Origin: Octopus bimaculoides
Taxonomy: Eukaryota
Reading direction: 5' to 3'
Assembly (NCBI RefSeq): GCF_001194135.2
Contig: NC_068993.1
Span: 11,327,568 to 11,391,567 of the forward strand
Length of the DNA stretch: 64,000 bases
Shown here: positions 25,777 to 38,935 of the stretch, piece after piece
Layout of the letters: each line of letters begins with the position of its first letter
How positions within the stretch are numbered: the stretch's first letter is position 1
Position numbers and translations under genes: made by a program
Notes under the pieces: model-generated
Databases searched by the model: none
What the model was told of the DNA's origin: nothing
Seen by the model: only the letters and a program-made list of their open reading frames with translations

Positions 25777-26433
25777 ATATTTCTGAGCTACTGCTCACAA
25801 AGATTGAGGTAAGACGGCTAAGAATGCGAAGACGATGGTTAAAAATATGATTAACACATATATATATATGCATATATGCACGCATACAGGTACATGCCTA
25901 CATATATGTATATATACATACATATATGTGTACAGGACATCAGAAAAACGTAAACAAAATGAGAAACAAGAACATAAAAACAAAAACATGGTAAACGAAC
26001 ATTTTTCCCAACAACGAAACGAACAAATAGAGAAACGAGAGAGGCAACATAAAGAACATTCCCTCCATCAGTTGTCCCCTGATTTATCTACTCCCCGTCT
26101 CGAATGTAGGGACAAGACACGTCTTCGTTAAAACAGCTCTTCCCGCAAAACAAATTAAATAGAATTTGGGATTTTTTGCGAAGGTTGTATCAAAAACAAG
26201 ACAGTAAGAACAAAGCAGTAAAGGAAACGGTGAGGGATGTTAAACCATAATGAGGTGAAGTGCTGAACGCTGGAAAAATGAGCTTTAAGGTTAATTGAAA
26301 GTGCTCACACACTAGAAAAATGCATCTTCCCCCAAAAGGTTAGTAACACCCTGATAAAAGATTTCATAATTTTATTCTGAAAAAAATCATCTTCACACTT
26401 CAAAACGGTATTAAGTAATTCCCATAGACTTTG

Positions 26434-26473
<40 letters not shown>

Positions 26474-27342
26474 TTTTGAAGTATATTTCATATTTTATCG
26501 TTTAAATTTCTCGTTATCTGTTCTGTTTGAGAAAGTAACTATTTGAATGTTGTTTCAATTATTTGGTACCTTGTATACATTTTCCTGAATTTATCTGCTT
26601 GTTGGCATCGGGTATTTTTGGATCTTAATGCGCAGACCTCTCTATAGATTCCGCTACTAACAGATTGAAAAGTGTTGTGGATTAAGTCGAAAACATACGA
26701 GCAAATTAGATTTGACATTCTTACTGAGTCACTGGTTCGACGCTTATCTACAATAATTCTGTATTATGTTATTTGAATCAAATGTGATTTTAAAAGAGCC
26801 GAATGCATATTGTAGCGCGCATTATTTCCATGTTGTTATCTATGATGGTAAAAAAGAAAAAAAAATTGTTTAAAGCGGTTTAGCTGAATCTAATGTTTCA
26901 AAAATAGAATCAGATTTATAGAAAAGAAATCGCACTAATTCGTTGCAGCTCTATTTTGGTTTATTATGAACGCTGTGAAAACAATTTACTACTTGTGCGC
27001 AGTTGTTGCAAGATATTAAACAGAAACCTTTCTGAATTTTATCGTTAATTTTTTTTTTTTTTTTAAATACTGTTATTAATTCCTCATAGCTCTGTTTTCG
27101 TCGCTCTTGTAGCATTTGTTCTCGAATTTTTATTACGATTGTTTTGGGGTCTATTATAATGATACAAGATTAGTGTAGGGGCAGAATCTCTGCTCTTTCA
27201 GTGTGAAGGTTTCAGGATATTCAAGAGTTTGCTGCCTGGTCAGTTATACGTGGTGGCTTTTTTGTAATTATGTGGTACTTGATAGTTGCATACATACATA
27301 CATACATACATACATACATTCATACACACATACATACATTCA

Positions 27343-27374
<32 letters not shown>

Positions 27375-27402
27375 GGCGCATAAGTACATACATGTATATA
27401 GG

Positions 27403-27501
27403 TGCAGGAGTGGCTATGTGGTAAGTAGCTTGCTTACCAACCACATGGTTCCGGGTTCATTCCTATTGCGTGGCACCTTGGGCAAGTGACTTCTACTATA
27501 G
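27403..27501 (+). mobile_element. SINE family C head
   Basis: GGTGCAGGAGTGGCTATGTGGTAAGTAGC...GGTTCATTCC...GGCACCTTGGGCAAGTG. Confidence 0.85.
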
Positions 27502-27634
27502 GCATGTGCTTTACGTATGTGCCAAAAATCATTAAAATCGGTTGGACAACGTGGGAGGAATTAGAGTAACTCCAAACACACAGACAGACAGACAGACACC
27601 ATTACACATTTATGTATATATATATACGACTGGC

Positions 27635-27778
27635 TTCCACGGCTTATGTGTACTAACTTCACTCAAAAATATTTGTCGGCTGAGCGGGATAGTCGAATAC
27701 ACTTGCCCAAAGTGTTGCGCAGTGAGATTGAACTTGAAACAACATACCTGCAAAGCTAGCTTCTTAACCACACAGCCT
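27635..27778 (-). mobile_element. SINE family C 5' half, diverged, inverted relative to the 27403 copy
   Basis: ACACTTGCCCAAAGTG...TTCTTAACCACACAGCC. Confidence 0.7.
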
Positions 27779-29143
27779 GTTTCTATAAACTATGGTAATT
27801 TAAATATGAATTATCTCGATCACTTTTCATCAAATTAGCTCATGGAGAGCGGGACTGCTACCGCCATAAGAAGAAAAGTAAATGTGCATGTGATATGTTT
27901 CCCACCCCAAGATTCACCGTTAATAAAATCAGTCAAATGGTTACTATCTCATCTTTCCAGATTTACTTCGTCTCTGAGATCAAGTATTCAATATGCTACT
28001 CTCTTTTAGTTAAAGTTGGTGTGAACGTAATTTAAGAAAAGATTTGCTGTTATTTTCAGCAATTCGAGTATTCATATTAGTTTCAGCGTTGGTTTTTTGT
28101 CTACATTACCTCAGTGGATTCTGAGCTGCGATAGAAACACTGACGAAGCAGAAATTAATTCAACACTCTCAGCGCACCCGCCATTACAACATACACAACA
28201 TAAATAGACTCGTAAAACCGAAATGAAATAATACAATAATTCAAAATATTGTTTGTCCAATATATTGATTACTCTCTTACAGTGTTCAATAGATTTGTAC
28301 TTGTAAATGTCTTGTCTATACATCAATTTTAAGCCATAACACCTCGCCTAGCTGCAAACGGGTTATATTTCTTTAACGTGATTTCGAGATTATCGTCACT
28401 ATATTCTACGTATTGCAGTGAATTACGTAACTTACAATCTACTATTTTGAATTAATCTCTGTCAGGTGTTTGACGGATGTATATTCGTGGGGACAGTTTT
28501 ATTCATTATTGCTAGCTTACGAAATAAACTTCAATTATCTAAAGCATCACACTTAATGTTGTTGGGGAGAGAATATAATTAATTAAGTATAGGTGTGTGC
28601 AGAAAAAAGAAAACCTTAGATCAATGACTAATATTATTATTCTACCATATATTCTAATATCGGACGTGTTTGTTTATCATTCAGCCTCATTAGCGAAGAA
28701 TAAGTTTCTCCGTACTGCGAAGAGAAAAGCATTGTGAGGATACAACACAACACACACTAGTAGATATGAATATGATTATAATAACCGAAGAAAATATGCC
28801 AAGGACGCTTCAGTATAGTATTTAAAGAACAAATTTAGCGCAACATATTAATTAATAGATTTATGAATAAACATCATCTGTGAAAGTTTGTGCTCCTGAT
28901 GCACAATTTTCTAGAAACTATGGACACTTCTGGAGTGATTTAACAGAAGTTAGCTGGATAGGGTCGGTACGTTTTAGTTTTTGATATTTAGCAAGAAATA
29001 TTTGCCTTTTAACTGAACTTGTTCATCATGGCTCTATAGCTTACAGATTTATAAGTTGATTCTTTCCACGCAAATAGTTGTCTGCTCAACTACAGCAGGC
29101 GTCATAGTTCGGGTTATTTTGAAAATATATTCAACTTCCTTAA

Positions 29144-29435
29144 CCCATTACCTACCAGTGATCTCCTACGAGATCACTTAAAAATTACAAATTTCGTAAT
29201 TATCTGTCAATATTTACACATATTTAACCTTTTTGCTGTATCTACTAGGTATATTTCTCCGATATTCAAATGAAGTTTGCTAATTCTTCACCAAATATCT
29301 CGCTTATTTCTATTTAAAATGTTATTTTGAAATGTTATTTTGATCATTCCAGCGTGTTTCTTAGGATGTTTTATGCTAGAAATCAAAGTTTCATAAAACA
29401 AATACCAGTTTAATAGAATTGTGGGCGGTAATGGG
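29144..29435. mobile_element. piggyBac-type MITE (292 bp)
   Basis: TTAA at 29140-43 and 29436-39. Termini CCCATTACC...GGTAATGGG. Non-coding interior. Confidence 0.7.
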
Positions 29436-29531
29436 TTAACTACACAGTTGATTGGTGTAAAAGTCACCCTGGAATGGGAAGCATGATCATCTGAAATTTT
29501 AAGCCTTGTATGGTTAAATTCATGAGGCAAT

Positions 29532-29600
29532 GCTCAGCCTAAATATATGAAGCTCAGCCTAAATATCTGAAGCTCAGCCTAAATATCTGAAGCTCAGCCT
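29532..29600 (+). repeat. 20-bp minisatellite, about 3.5 units
   Basis: GCTCAGCCTAAATAT(A/C)TGAA repeated. Confidence 0.95.
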
Positions 29601-30419
29601 TTGCTGTTATAAACGCTCACAAGCAGTGACGTGTGTTCTCATCGATCTGAACAGCACAGAAGTTGTAGTAGTGGCGTTGAAGATGAAGACATATTAAGCT
29701 ATCCACTCAAGTCAGTCTTTCACAGATCACGAATGTGTGTTTGCATATAATATCATTACAATGGTAACCTATTGACACGCCGTTCATTTTCTTGTCAAGT
29801 AACGAACGTCAAAATCTTTGCCTTCAAATGGAAATCGAAATTTGATCGCTGATTTCTAGGATCAACAGAACCTTAATTCTTACTTTAAATTTAAATAACT
29901 AAATATTTTAATAAAAAAAAAAGAAATAAACGTAAAGCAAATAAATGAAACATAATGGAAATGAACAGCATGAAAATGTGTAGAAATGTGAAAATAAAAA
30001 AGGAATTAGAAATATAATTTGAATGATGTAAATATGTGTGTGTTTTGTTATTTTGGGACGTTTTTTTTCATTTTAGAATTGCATATTTTTTTGGGTCTAA
30101 TCGTTACACTGTTTTCTTTGGCTATTTCCTCAAATAAAAAGAACAATTAAAAACAAGTAATAAAAGGTAAATTTAGGGAATTATATTAAATCTCTCGTAA
30201 ATATTCCGCTCTAATCGAAATGTGACAAAAGCAAACCTCGCTTAATTATATATCACCCACGTTTTGTTTCTTTAGCATTTTAAAAATTTAAATTTATTTA
30301 CAATGCCATTATTTTATCATTTAATATCTAATTTAGGTGATAAGGTGTTTCTGTGTTAGAATGATGTTTCGCATCACAAAGTGTGAGAGATTGTGTGTCT
30401 TACTGGGATAGTTAGATAG

Positions 30420-30496
30420 GTTGATAGATAGATAGATAGATAGATACATAGACAGGTCACTAGATAGATAGGTAGATAAATACATAGACAGATCGC

Positions 30497-30563
<67 letters not shown>

Positions 30564-30566
30564 GTG

Positions 30567-30608
<42 letters not shown>

Positions 30609-30622
30609 CAGATAGATAGACA
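30420..30622. repeat. (GATA)n/(GACA) microsatellite
   Basis: Direct reading. Confidence 0.97.
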
Positions 30623-31220
30623 GAAGAGAGTGAGTGAAATGTCGCATAAAAGGGTAAGGCAATGACCTATAAAGAAAGTAGAAGAGAAAGAAAGTGAGAA
30701 GGAAGTGTTAAGGTATGAAAGGGATGTGATGGTGGGAGAGTGAAAGAAATGTATAACAGAAAAAGGGAAAGGATTTATAAGAGTGTAATGTATGAATGCA
30801 AGGCATCAGTAGAAACAAATAGAGTGAGTCATGCATAATGAATAAGGAGGGAAGAGAGAAGTGAGAAATGAGAGGTGGGGTAGGGCGCTGGGGCCTAAAA
30901 AGGAAGTAAAAGAAGGATAGAGAGGCAGGGAAGAGAGAGGAGGTGAAATGGTGTGAAAGTAAAAGTGAAGTTTAGTTAATGAATTGCAACGTGGGTTAGA
31001 GAATGAAAGAGCGGTGATTAAATGGAGCGCAGGAGAATAAAGAAAGAAAAGCGTTACTAAATTCAGAGAATATAAATATAAAGATGAAATATAATGGGAA
31101 GAAGTGAGTACATAGAGGAATCATAGAAAGTACCCAAATATATGTGGAAAAAGAAAAAGAATAAAAACACGTGGTACAGTTTTAGAATAGGTTATACTTA
31201 CGACAGATAGTTAGCTAGCT

Positions 31221-31542
31221 GCATTCCGTCGGTTGCGACGACGAGGGTCCCAGCTGATACGATCAACGGAACAGCTTGCTCGTGAAATTAAGTGCAAGTG
31301 GCTGAGCACTCCACTGACACGTGTACTCTTAACGGAGTTCACGGGGAGATTCAGCGTGACACAGATTTTGACAAGGCGGGCCCTTTGAAATACAGGTACT
31401 ACTCATTTTTGCCAGCTGAGTGGACTGGAGTAACGTGAAATAAAGTGTCTTGCTCAAGGTCCCAACGCGCCGCCGGGAATTGAACTCACGACCGTGCGAT
31501 CATGAGCCGAATGCCCCTAACCACTAAGCCACGCGCTTTCAC
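31221..31542 (-). mobile_element. SINE family B, full length, different middle domain
   Basis: tRNA-like head TGGCTTAGTGGTTAGG...GAGTTCAATTCCC. Middle CCTTGAGCAAGACACT...CCAGTCCACTCAGCTGGCAAAAATGAGTA. Same 3' tail as the 25385 copy. Confidence 0.85.
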
Positions 31543-31584
31543 GCAGATAGATATATGCATACACACACAGTTACATACATATAT

Positions 31585-31792
31585 ATGGGAGAACGTACGA
31601 AAAAAACAAAACAACAACAGACGAGGACAGGTGGTGTAAACAACAAAAGGATGTATTAGTTTGACGCTCGGGAATACAGAAAGTCTTTAACGTTTCGAGC
31701 TACGCTCTTCAACAAAAACAATACGGAGAAAACAAGGAGAAAAACATGGAGAAAAAAAATTGAATGGTGTTTGGTCAACGATACATACATAT
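31585..31792 (-). mobile_element. Interspersed repeat carrying a degenerate minimal hammerhead-like motif (Penelope-like element relic?)
   Basis: 28-bp identity with 10445-10472. Both copies start right after (AT)n with TGGGAGAA. Minus-strand GTTTTT-GTTGAAGA-GCGTAGCTC-GAAACGTT-AAAGAC at 31683-31719. Confidence 0.5.
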
Positions 31793-32044
31793 TCACACAC
31801 GCACATACACACACGTGCACAGACACACGCACCCATATAGATAAATAGAAACAGTGTGAGAGAAATATAGAAGGAGACAGATATCGAGAGAAAGACAAGA
31901 AAAAGATGAGTTAGTTTAAAAGTTTATATATTTGTGAACTGGGATGAGGCCAATATTCAACTGAAATGATAATATTTTTAATGGAAAGGAGTAAATGAAT
32001 TTGGTGGGAAAATAAAGGAAGCGTAAGTGAACAGAAAAAATGCA

Positions 32045-32439
32045 ATTTGGGCAACAATCACAAAATGTGGCTGCCTGTTGCGGTCACTGCCTGTTGCGTA
32101 CTTTATGACATTTGGAAGATTTTCTAGATATGCTTTGAGATCAACCCCAACACCTAATCAATGCAAGCGCAAGACCACCATGCTTGGCGAAGCTGCATCA
32201 GCGGAGACCTCACCTCTTACGAACACAACGAGGTCGCAGGGGCACGAAGAAAACTGGAAATGCACAAACCCAAGGCCAACTCCTTCCCTTCACTCCCTGC
32301 AAACCATCTGTGCCAAACCTGTACCCCAGCCTTCGGGGCATGCATCGGACTAATGGTCTCAGCTGGGTATCTGCTGCCTGCCATCTTCTCCCATGTGTTG
32401 CCTTTGGGTATTGTCGACAACGACGGGCGAATGATGATG
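32045..32439 (+). pseudogene. RTE-clade LINE 3' end (ORF C-terminus with decayed C2H2-type finger, short 3' UTR, (ATG)n tail)
   Basis: CFEINPNT*SMQAQDHHAWRSCISG...ARRKLEMHKPKA...HLCQTCTPAFGACIGL matches the RTE C-terminal pattern INP.TWE.LAQDR..WR...C..C...F.ARIGL. Ends in a small stem-loop plus ATGATGATG. GC-rich relative to its flanks. Confidence 0.8.
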
Positions 32440-33647
32440 CTATGTGTTTCCCAAGGAACCAGGAAACTATGCTGGTCCTATGAACGACATTTTCCCGCAA
32501 CGTTCTGAACTACTCTCAATTATGGTTACCCCACAGTGTCAGTTTAATAACGGGACTCGAAGACGTTCAGTCGTGCTACACTAAGAATATTGCATCAATG
32601 AAGCACTTGAGCTATTGGGAAAGAATGAAAGAATTACAACTTTGCGTATTTAAAATGTTCCCCGTAGACAAATTATTTTTGTATGTATGTAGATATTTAT
32701 CTATGTAAATACGTATGACAAAAATTTGGCACGGGCACGACAGAGTGTTATACGAAAAAGCATGAAAGAGTACACACAACGGAAGTGGACATGGTCCACG
32801 CCTAATCGACTGTCGACGTGATATTATCACAATTTCGACATTTTCCGATAATATTCTTTAACCGCCTGTGTTAGCAGCGTGAGCTGTTTGGTTATAAATA
32901 TGTGGACATGACAGATGAATATAAGCGAATAAGAAGAGGAAAAAATGTGACAGGTACAATAAGAAGAAATGAAGCGCTCTGTAGGACGAAAGGAAAAGAC
33001 AAGATATGAGTTAAACGGGAGAAAAATGTACAACGAAGAAAATAACCCAAAACAAATGAAGGAGTGAACAGATATGTATGCGTGTGGTGGCATAAATTGC
33101 AACGTATACAGGAAGATATTGCCGATGAATACAGCATATCACAACGTGGAAGGTCTGTATAATATACGAATATATCAGAATAAGTCATACAACAGAAACA
33201 AATTTTGTTTTCTAAACGTTGTTTAGGCTTTTCATGAAATTTAATCAAGTTTAACAGATTGACCTCTTCACAAATCATACGAAGACCAATTTTCATATCC
33301 CTTGAGCTCGTCTAGGAGAAAAAAGAATCAAAATCAAATGTCATATACGGCCAACAGATAATGCCCTATGTGACTACGTACGATGTGCCATTACTACATA
33401 CCATACGCGCATACACAAACACATGTACGCACGGCAATACACACATATACACAAATATACGCGTCCATATACATGTGTGTATATATGTATATATATATAT
33501 ATGCATGAATATGTATATGTCTATGTATATATATATGTACTTATAAATACATACATATATTAAATAATATATATATATATATATTTACATACATGTGTAA
33601 ATAAACATACATATATAATATATGTGTATATACGTTGTTCTCTTTCT

Positions 33648-33709
<62 letters not shown>

Positions 33710-33766
33710 NNNNNNNNNNNNNNNNNNNNNNNNNNNNNNNNNNNNNNNNNNNNNNNNNNNNNNNNN

Positions 33767-33807
<41 letters not shown>

Positions 33808-34374
33808 AATAAATAAATACAAATATAAAAAGTAAAAATAAGACAAGCCGAAAAATTCTAGAATATGTTAAAATTAAATCTGAAACCAAAAAAAAAAAAA
33901 GTTTATAAACAAATAATTTAAACCGAAAATAAAGGAATATATGAATAAAAACAAAGAGTGTACAATCTAAGGTGAAATCCCTCGTGTATTATTATTTAGC
34001 AATTAATATTTACAGAGAAGGAATTCATTATCTTTCTTGTTTTCTGATTATAATTCGCTAACACAACACTCCTCATTTTGTTCTTGTAGCAAGTTTTCTG
34101 AAGTCAGAATATGATTATGACAGCTATTGAGAATAACGGTATTATTATCATTAATAATATTTTTTCTGGTCGCAGAATTGTAGAGGTTGTATTTCAAGTT
34201 GTTTGACTGATCTTACAGCGAAAATGACTCTGCAGCTGTTTTGCCCTGAATATCTGTGAAAACTAGCGACTCTTATGGCCAATATCCTTCTCGCGAGAAT
34301 CCTTTTGCAAGATAAGTAGAAGGAATACAAGGGTATTTCTTTTTTCATATTTTAACTCTTCTCTTGTTAAAGTA

Positions 34375-34500
34375 ATTGGCGAGCAGCCATGTTCGAATAC
34401 CGACTTGAAAGGGTTTAGTCAAGCAAATCGAACCATGTACATAATTTTAAAGTTTGATGCATATAATATCGGGGTTTTTTGCCGAACCGCTAGGTTATAT
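34375..34500 (-). mobile_element. SINE family C 3' half fragment
   Basis: CAGCCATG...TTAGTCAAGCAAATCGAACC...TTTTGCCGAACCGCTAGGTTA. Confidence 0.6.
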
Positions 34501-34996
34501 GGATGTAAAAACCACATCACGGTTTGTCTTATGATGTAGAGCGAGGGGCAAGGGCAAACATAAAGAATTGTTCGAGCACACAGGCGTATATATCGTTGCT
34601 ATCATGTTAAACTGTCGTATGTCCAAATTCGACCAAACGTTTCTTTTTCCATATTTATTTTTGCTTGCAATAGTCGGTTCTTTTTGGTCAACTATCGTAT
34701 CTACAGATGCTTCAAATGCCAAGATATCAAAAATTGTCAAAATCTAGTATAACAGTTTTGATATGAAATGGAGAAACTATCTTTCGTTTTCTGAAAAGCA
34801 ACGATCCGGACTTACGGCAGTTTTGCATAATAGCAACGATATTAGTATCTGTTTTTATGGGAAGCAATACTACAAACAATCAATGTTTACACAATCATTT
34901 TCAGTTTGCTCAGCCTCCATCGAACCGTCTCGTGAAGGCTAAGCGAGCCGAAACTTCGATGTCACAGTCAAAATAACTCTTGTAAAAGAATGTGCT

Positions 34997-35063
<67 letters not shown>

Positions 35064-35800
35064 CTATGTATGTATATATGGTGGTCTTCCACTTAATTTA
35101 TATCTACCATAACGTCTCACACTATCGCAGTGATAGTACTGACAGTTGCCCAAGGGTCCGCGTAATGGGATTGAAACAAAAAGCACGTGGATTGAAAGTG
35201 AGCTTGTTGACCATCTCACCAAGTTTCATGACAAGAATATGAACTGTATTTAGATTCTGCTTTTTTACCGCTTCCAAAGTTATCTTCCTACTTTGATACT
35301 GATGGTGTTCACCACACCAGGGATCTGACATTGTCTACCTACATGTCCTACCTTTTTCCAAGGTTGTCGTGTCCAAATGATTCTGAATTGTGCCCGGCCT
35401 GCACTACCCAGAATATCAGGCCACGAGAATTTCCTTATCCTGGGCCTTGGTATAGAAACGGTAAAAAAAAAATGCCGCGAATCATTAAATTAATGGTAGT
35501 ATTCTGTTTTATCCAAGAAGGCCTGCAAAGGCCATGGTCACGAACCCTTACACTTGAGCTAAGAAAAAGTCATCAGCAACCTCTCACTCCATCTTTCATT
35601 TATATTTTTCCTTTTCGTAAGATGGTATGGCGTAATTGCCATTATATTTGTTCGATCTGTCCTGAAAATCGACTGACTGCTTAAATGATTGACATCTGCA
35701 GAATTAATATTATTTCCCAGTGAATCTAGTCAGAAATAAATGAAAGAATTTCGTTTCAATTTTTCATAATGACTGCTACTGTCGTTTTGTTCTGTTTCAG

Positions 35801-35868
35801 GTGTGTGGTCAAAATCTTTTCAATCGAACCCATCTAATTTTTTAGGGGTGACCACGGCTATTAACAAA
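35801..35868 (+). CDS. Candidate 68-bp exon (G)VWSKSFQSNPSNFLGVTTAINK
   Basis: TTTTGTTCTGTTTCAG acceptor, AA|GTATGA donor, one open frame. Could be UTR or chance. Confidence 0.17.
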
Positions 35869-36155
35869 GTATGAAACTCAGTTTTAGGACCGTACGATTT
35901 GAAATGCAGGAGAAATTGATTACGATGTCTAAGACGTCAAGTATCTGTGTACAGGCTCCTACAGTGTGTCGTTCCAAAAGCTGACATATTTTTAGCTGGC
36001 CTTAAGCTTTCCAAAACACGATTGAAAAAAAAAAAAAGGTAGACATTATTAGAACGGAGAATGTAAAGAGTGGAAACAAACACTGCAAGTTATTTGGTTT
36101 GATCCTGTTATAGTGATGCTGCTAGTTCACTGCCATAATAATAATAATAATAATA

Positions 36156-36345
36156 ATTCTTTCTACTGGATGCACAACTCCTCAAATTTGGGGGGAGAGT
36201 ACACATGGGTTTCACTGGTACTTAATTGATCGACCCCGGAATGATGAAATGCAAAGTCAACCTCGGCAGAACTTGAACTCAGAGCGTAGCGACGGGTGAA
36301 ATAGCGCTAAGCATTTCGTCCAGCGTGCTAACGATTCTGCCAGCT
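36156..36345 (-). mobile_element. SINE A
   Basis: Tail in (AAT)n at the left. Core and head to the right. Confidence 0.85.
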
Positions 36346-36764
36346 GACAGTTTTAGAATGTTTCTATGATGGCAACATAAGAAGCAGTGAGAGAGAAAAA
36401 GAAAGATAGAGAGATGAGGTGAGAGAATGGAGAAAGAAAGAGTGAGTGCAGAACGAAAGAAAGAGGGAGATAAGGGGATTATCGAGGGCTATAGACAATG
36501 AAACCCAGCATATTTTCTTCGAGCAAGCGAATGCTGGTTTAAGATTTGATATACATTCATATAGATATATTAATACATTATACATATATAAATAAAAACA
36601 AATATATATATATATATAAAAATATATATATATTAGGAATTGCTATACATAAATACATGGGCTAAGCAAAGTTGAATATATATATAATACGTAAGGTTCG
36701 CAGATACTACGAAACAATTTGTTCGGCGGTCTACGAATACCGAGGATTGACGACAAATTTAGGA

Positions 36765-36935
36765 TAGATTGGGTGACTATATTAATCCCAGTAACACGGA
36801 AGTACTGTACTATATCAAACGAGTAAAGTTAAAAAGACACAAAGTTGACACCGAGAAGGATTGAAACTGTACATATAAAACAGCGGAAATACATACAGCA
36901 AGATATGTTTGCCCGACACTCTAACGGTTCTACCA
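36765..36935 (-). mobile_element. SINE A, highly diverged
   Basis: Residual AATCCCAGT, AAAGTTGACACCGAG and CTAACGGTTCTACCA motifs in the expected order. Confidence 0.55.
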
Positions 36936-37334
36936 ATCTAGTAATAAGTCATCCCCTCCAAATTAGAAGAAGGTGTATCCCGGGTGTTTTCGAACACGAT
37001 TACGACAACTAATTAACTTAGTATCGAGCTTCCGAAAAAAAAATTCCTGACAGTTCAAGACTTCCATATTTAATTGCTCTACTACAGTGTAAATTACATC
37101 GCGAAACACAGCTAAATCTGTATTTACTGCTATCAATATATCATTTTACAATGTACACTTTACCAAATGAATCAGTTTGCAGACACACGACGTACCCCAG
37201 TGGAGGATAGATTTATTTCGATATATTTATGCCCAGAACTAATATTTTAATGAGGTGGCTTACGTATGTGTGTGTGTGTATACGTATATATACATATATA
37301 GATATACACATATAGGTATGTACATATGGGTATG

Positions 37335-37400
<66 letters not shown>

Positions 37401-37510
37401 TACATATTTAAGTGTCTACTGAAACAAATATATACACGTATAGGAGTGTGTATGCATTAATGTATAATGCGTAGATATATGTATACACACACATATATAC
37501 ACATGTATAT

Positions 37511-37557
<47 letters not shown>

Positions 37558-38038
37558 NNNNNNNNNNNNNNNNNNNNNNNNNNNNNNNNNNNNNNNNNNN
37601 NNNNNNNNNNNNNNNNNNNNNNNNNNNNNNNNNNNNNNNNNNNNNNNNNNNNNNNNNNNNNNNNNNNNNNNNNNNNNNNNNNNNNNNNNNNNNNNNNNNN
37701 NNNNNNNNNNNNNNNNNNNNNNNNNNNNNNNNNNNNNNNNNNNNNNNNNNNNNNNNNNNNNNNNNNNNNNNNNNNNNNNNNNNNNNNNNNNNNNNNNNNN
37801 NNNNNNNNNNNNNNNNNNNNNNNNNNNNNNNNNNNNNNNNNNNNNNNNNNNNNNNNNNNNNNNNNNNNNNNNNNNNNNNNNNNNNNNNNNNNNNNNNNNN
37901 NNNNNNNNNNNNNNNNNNNNNNNNNNNNNNNNNNNNNNNNNNNNNNNNNNNNNNNNNNNNNNNNNNNNNNNNNNNNNNNNNNNNNNNNNNNNNNNNNNNN
38001 NNNNNNNNNNNNNNNNNNNNNNNNNNNNNNNNNNNNNN

Positions 38039-38086
<48 letters not shown>

Positions 38087-38798
38087 GAGAGATACAGAGA
38101 AACAGAGGAAAAAGAAAGAGATAGGGCAGGGGTCGGGGAGAGCAGGATACGGAAATATCTTATATTAAGTAAAATAAAATGTCTCGACATTTCTTCCGGA
38201 CTCAGTCAAGAATACACGGCCATGTCATGAAGTCTTTATTTCAATTTGTAATTTAATCAGATATCATCTGAAATGTTCACATCAGGCAATATTACAAAAA
38301 GAGATTGGTTTGGGAAGATAATAACACTACTTTGTACTAAATTCAAATAATGAAATCTTCGACGTTTTGAAAAGCTGTTATAGATCATCTGCATATCTAT
38401 ACAACTAAATCATATCATTGATGTCCAGTGGCTGCTGGAAAAGATATTCAAACTCACGTCAAATCCCGAGTGACACACACTGCTTCGATGTTGATTGTCA
38501 TTTTCATATCAACTCTTTTATTCAGTTTTCAACGACTGATTAGATGTAATATATTGATAAAATTCCGTTTTATAGATTCTGTACCGTATAGAGTCATATA
38601 GGTTTAGAGTTGTATATTTTCGATAACGTTATCACGGTGTACTAAAAGTATTAGATGAAGTGATATTTAGCATTAATGTTGGATATCCTATTAAGCAGTC
38701 GGCGAAACACCTTTTCATACTGAGATATATTCCAATTTACTCGGCTAAAGTATTCTGCGGTTAAAATTAACTCCCGCTATATAATAATAATAATAATA

Positions 38799-38853
<55 letters not shown>

Positions 38854-38935
38854 GGTGTGTACATTGGGCTTTGTATATTTGTACTCTAGTAACATTTTGA
38901 TGGCATGCATTATTCTCTCACTCAATAATAATAAT

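Noticed and set aside
26040-26125. Minus-strand CGAGAC...CTGATGG with a TTGTCCC/GGGACAA stem
   Set aside because: Both core boxes are mutated and the topology is non-canonical. At most a decayed repeat.
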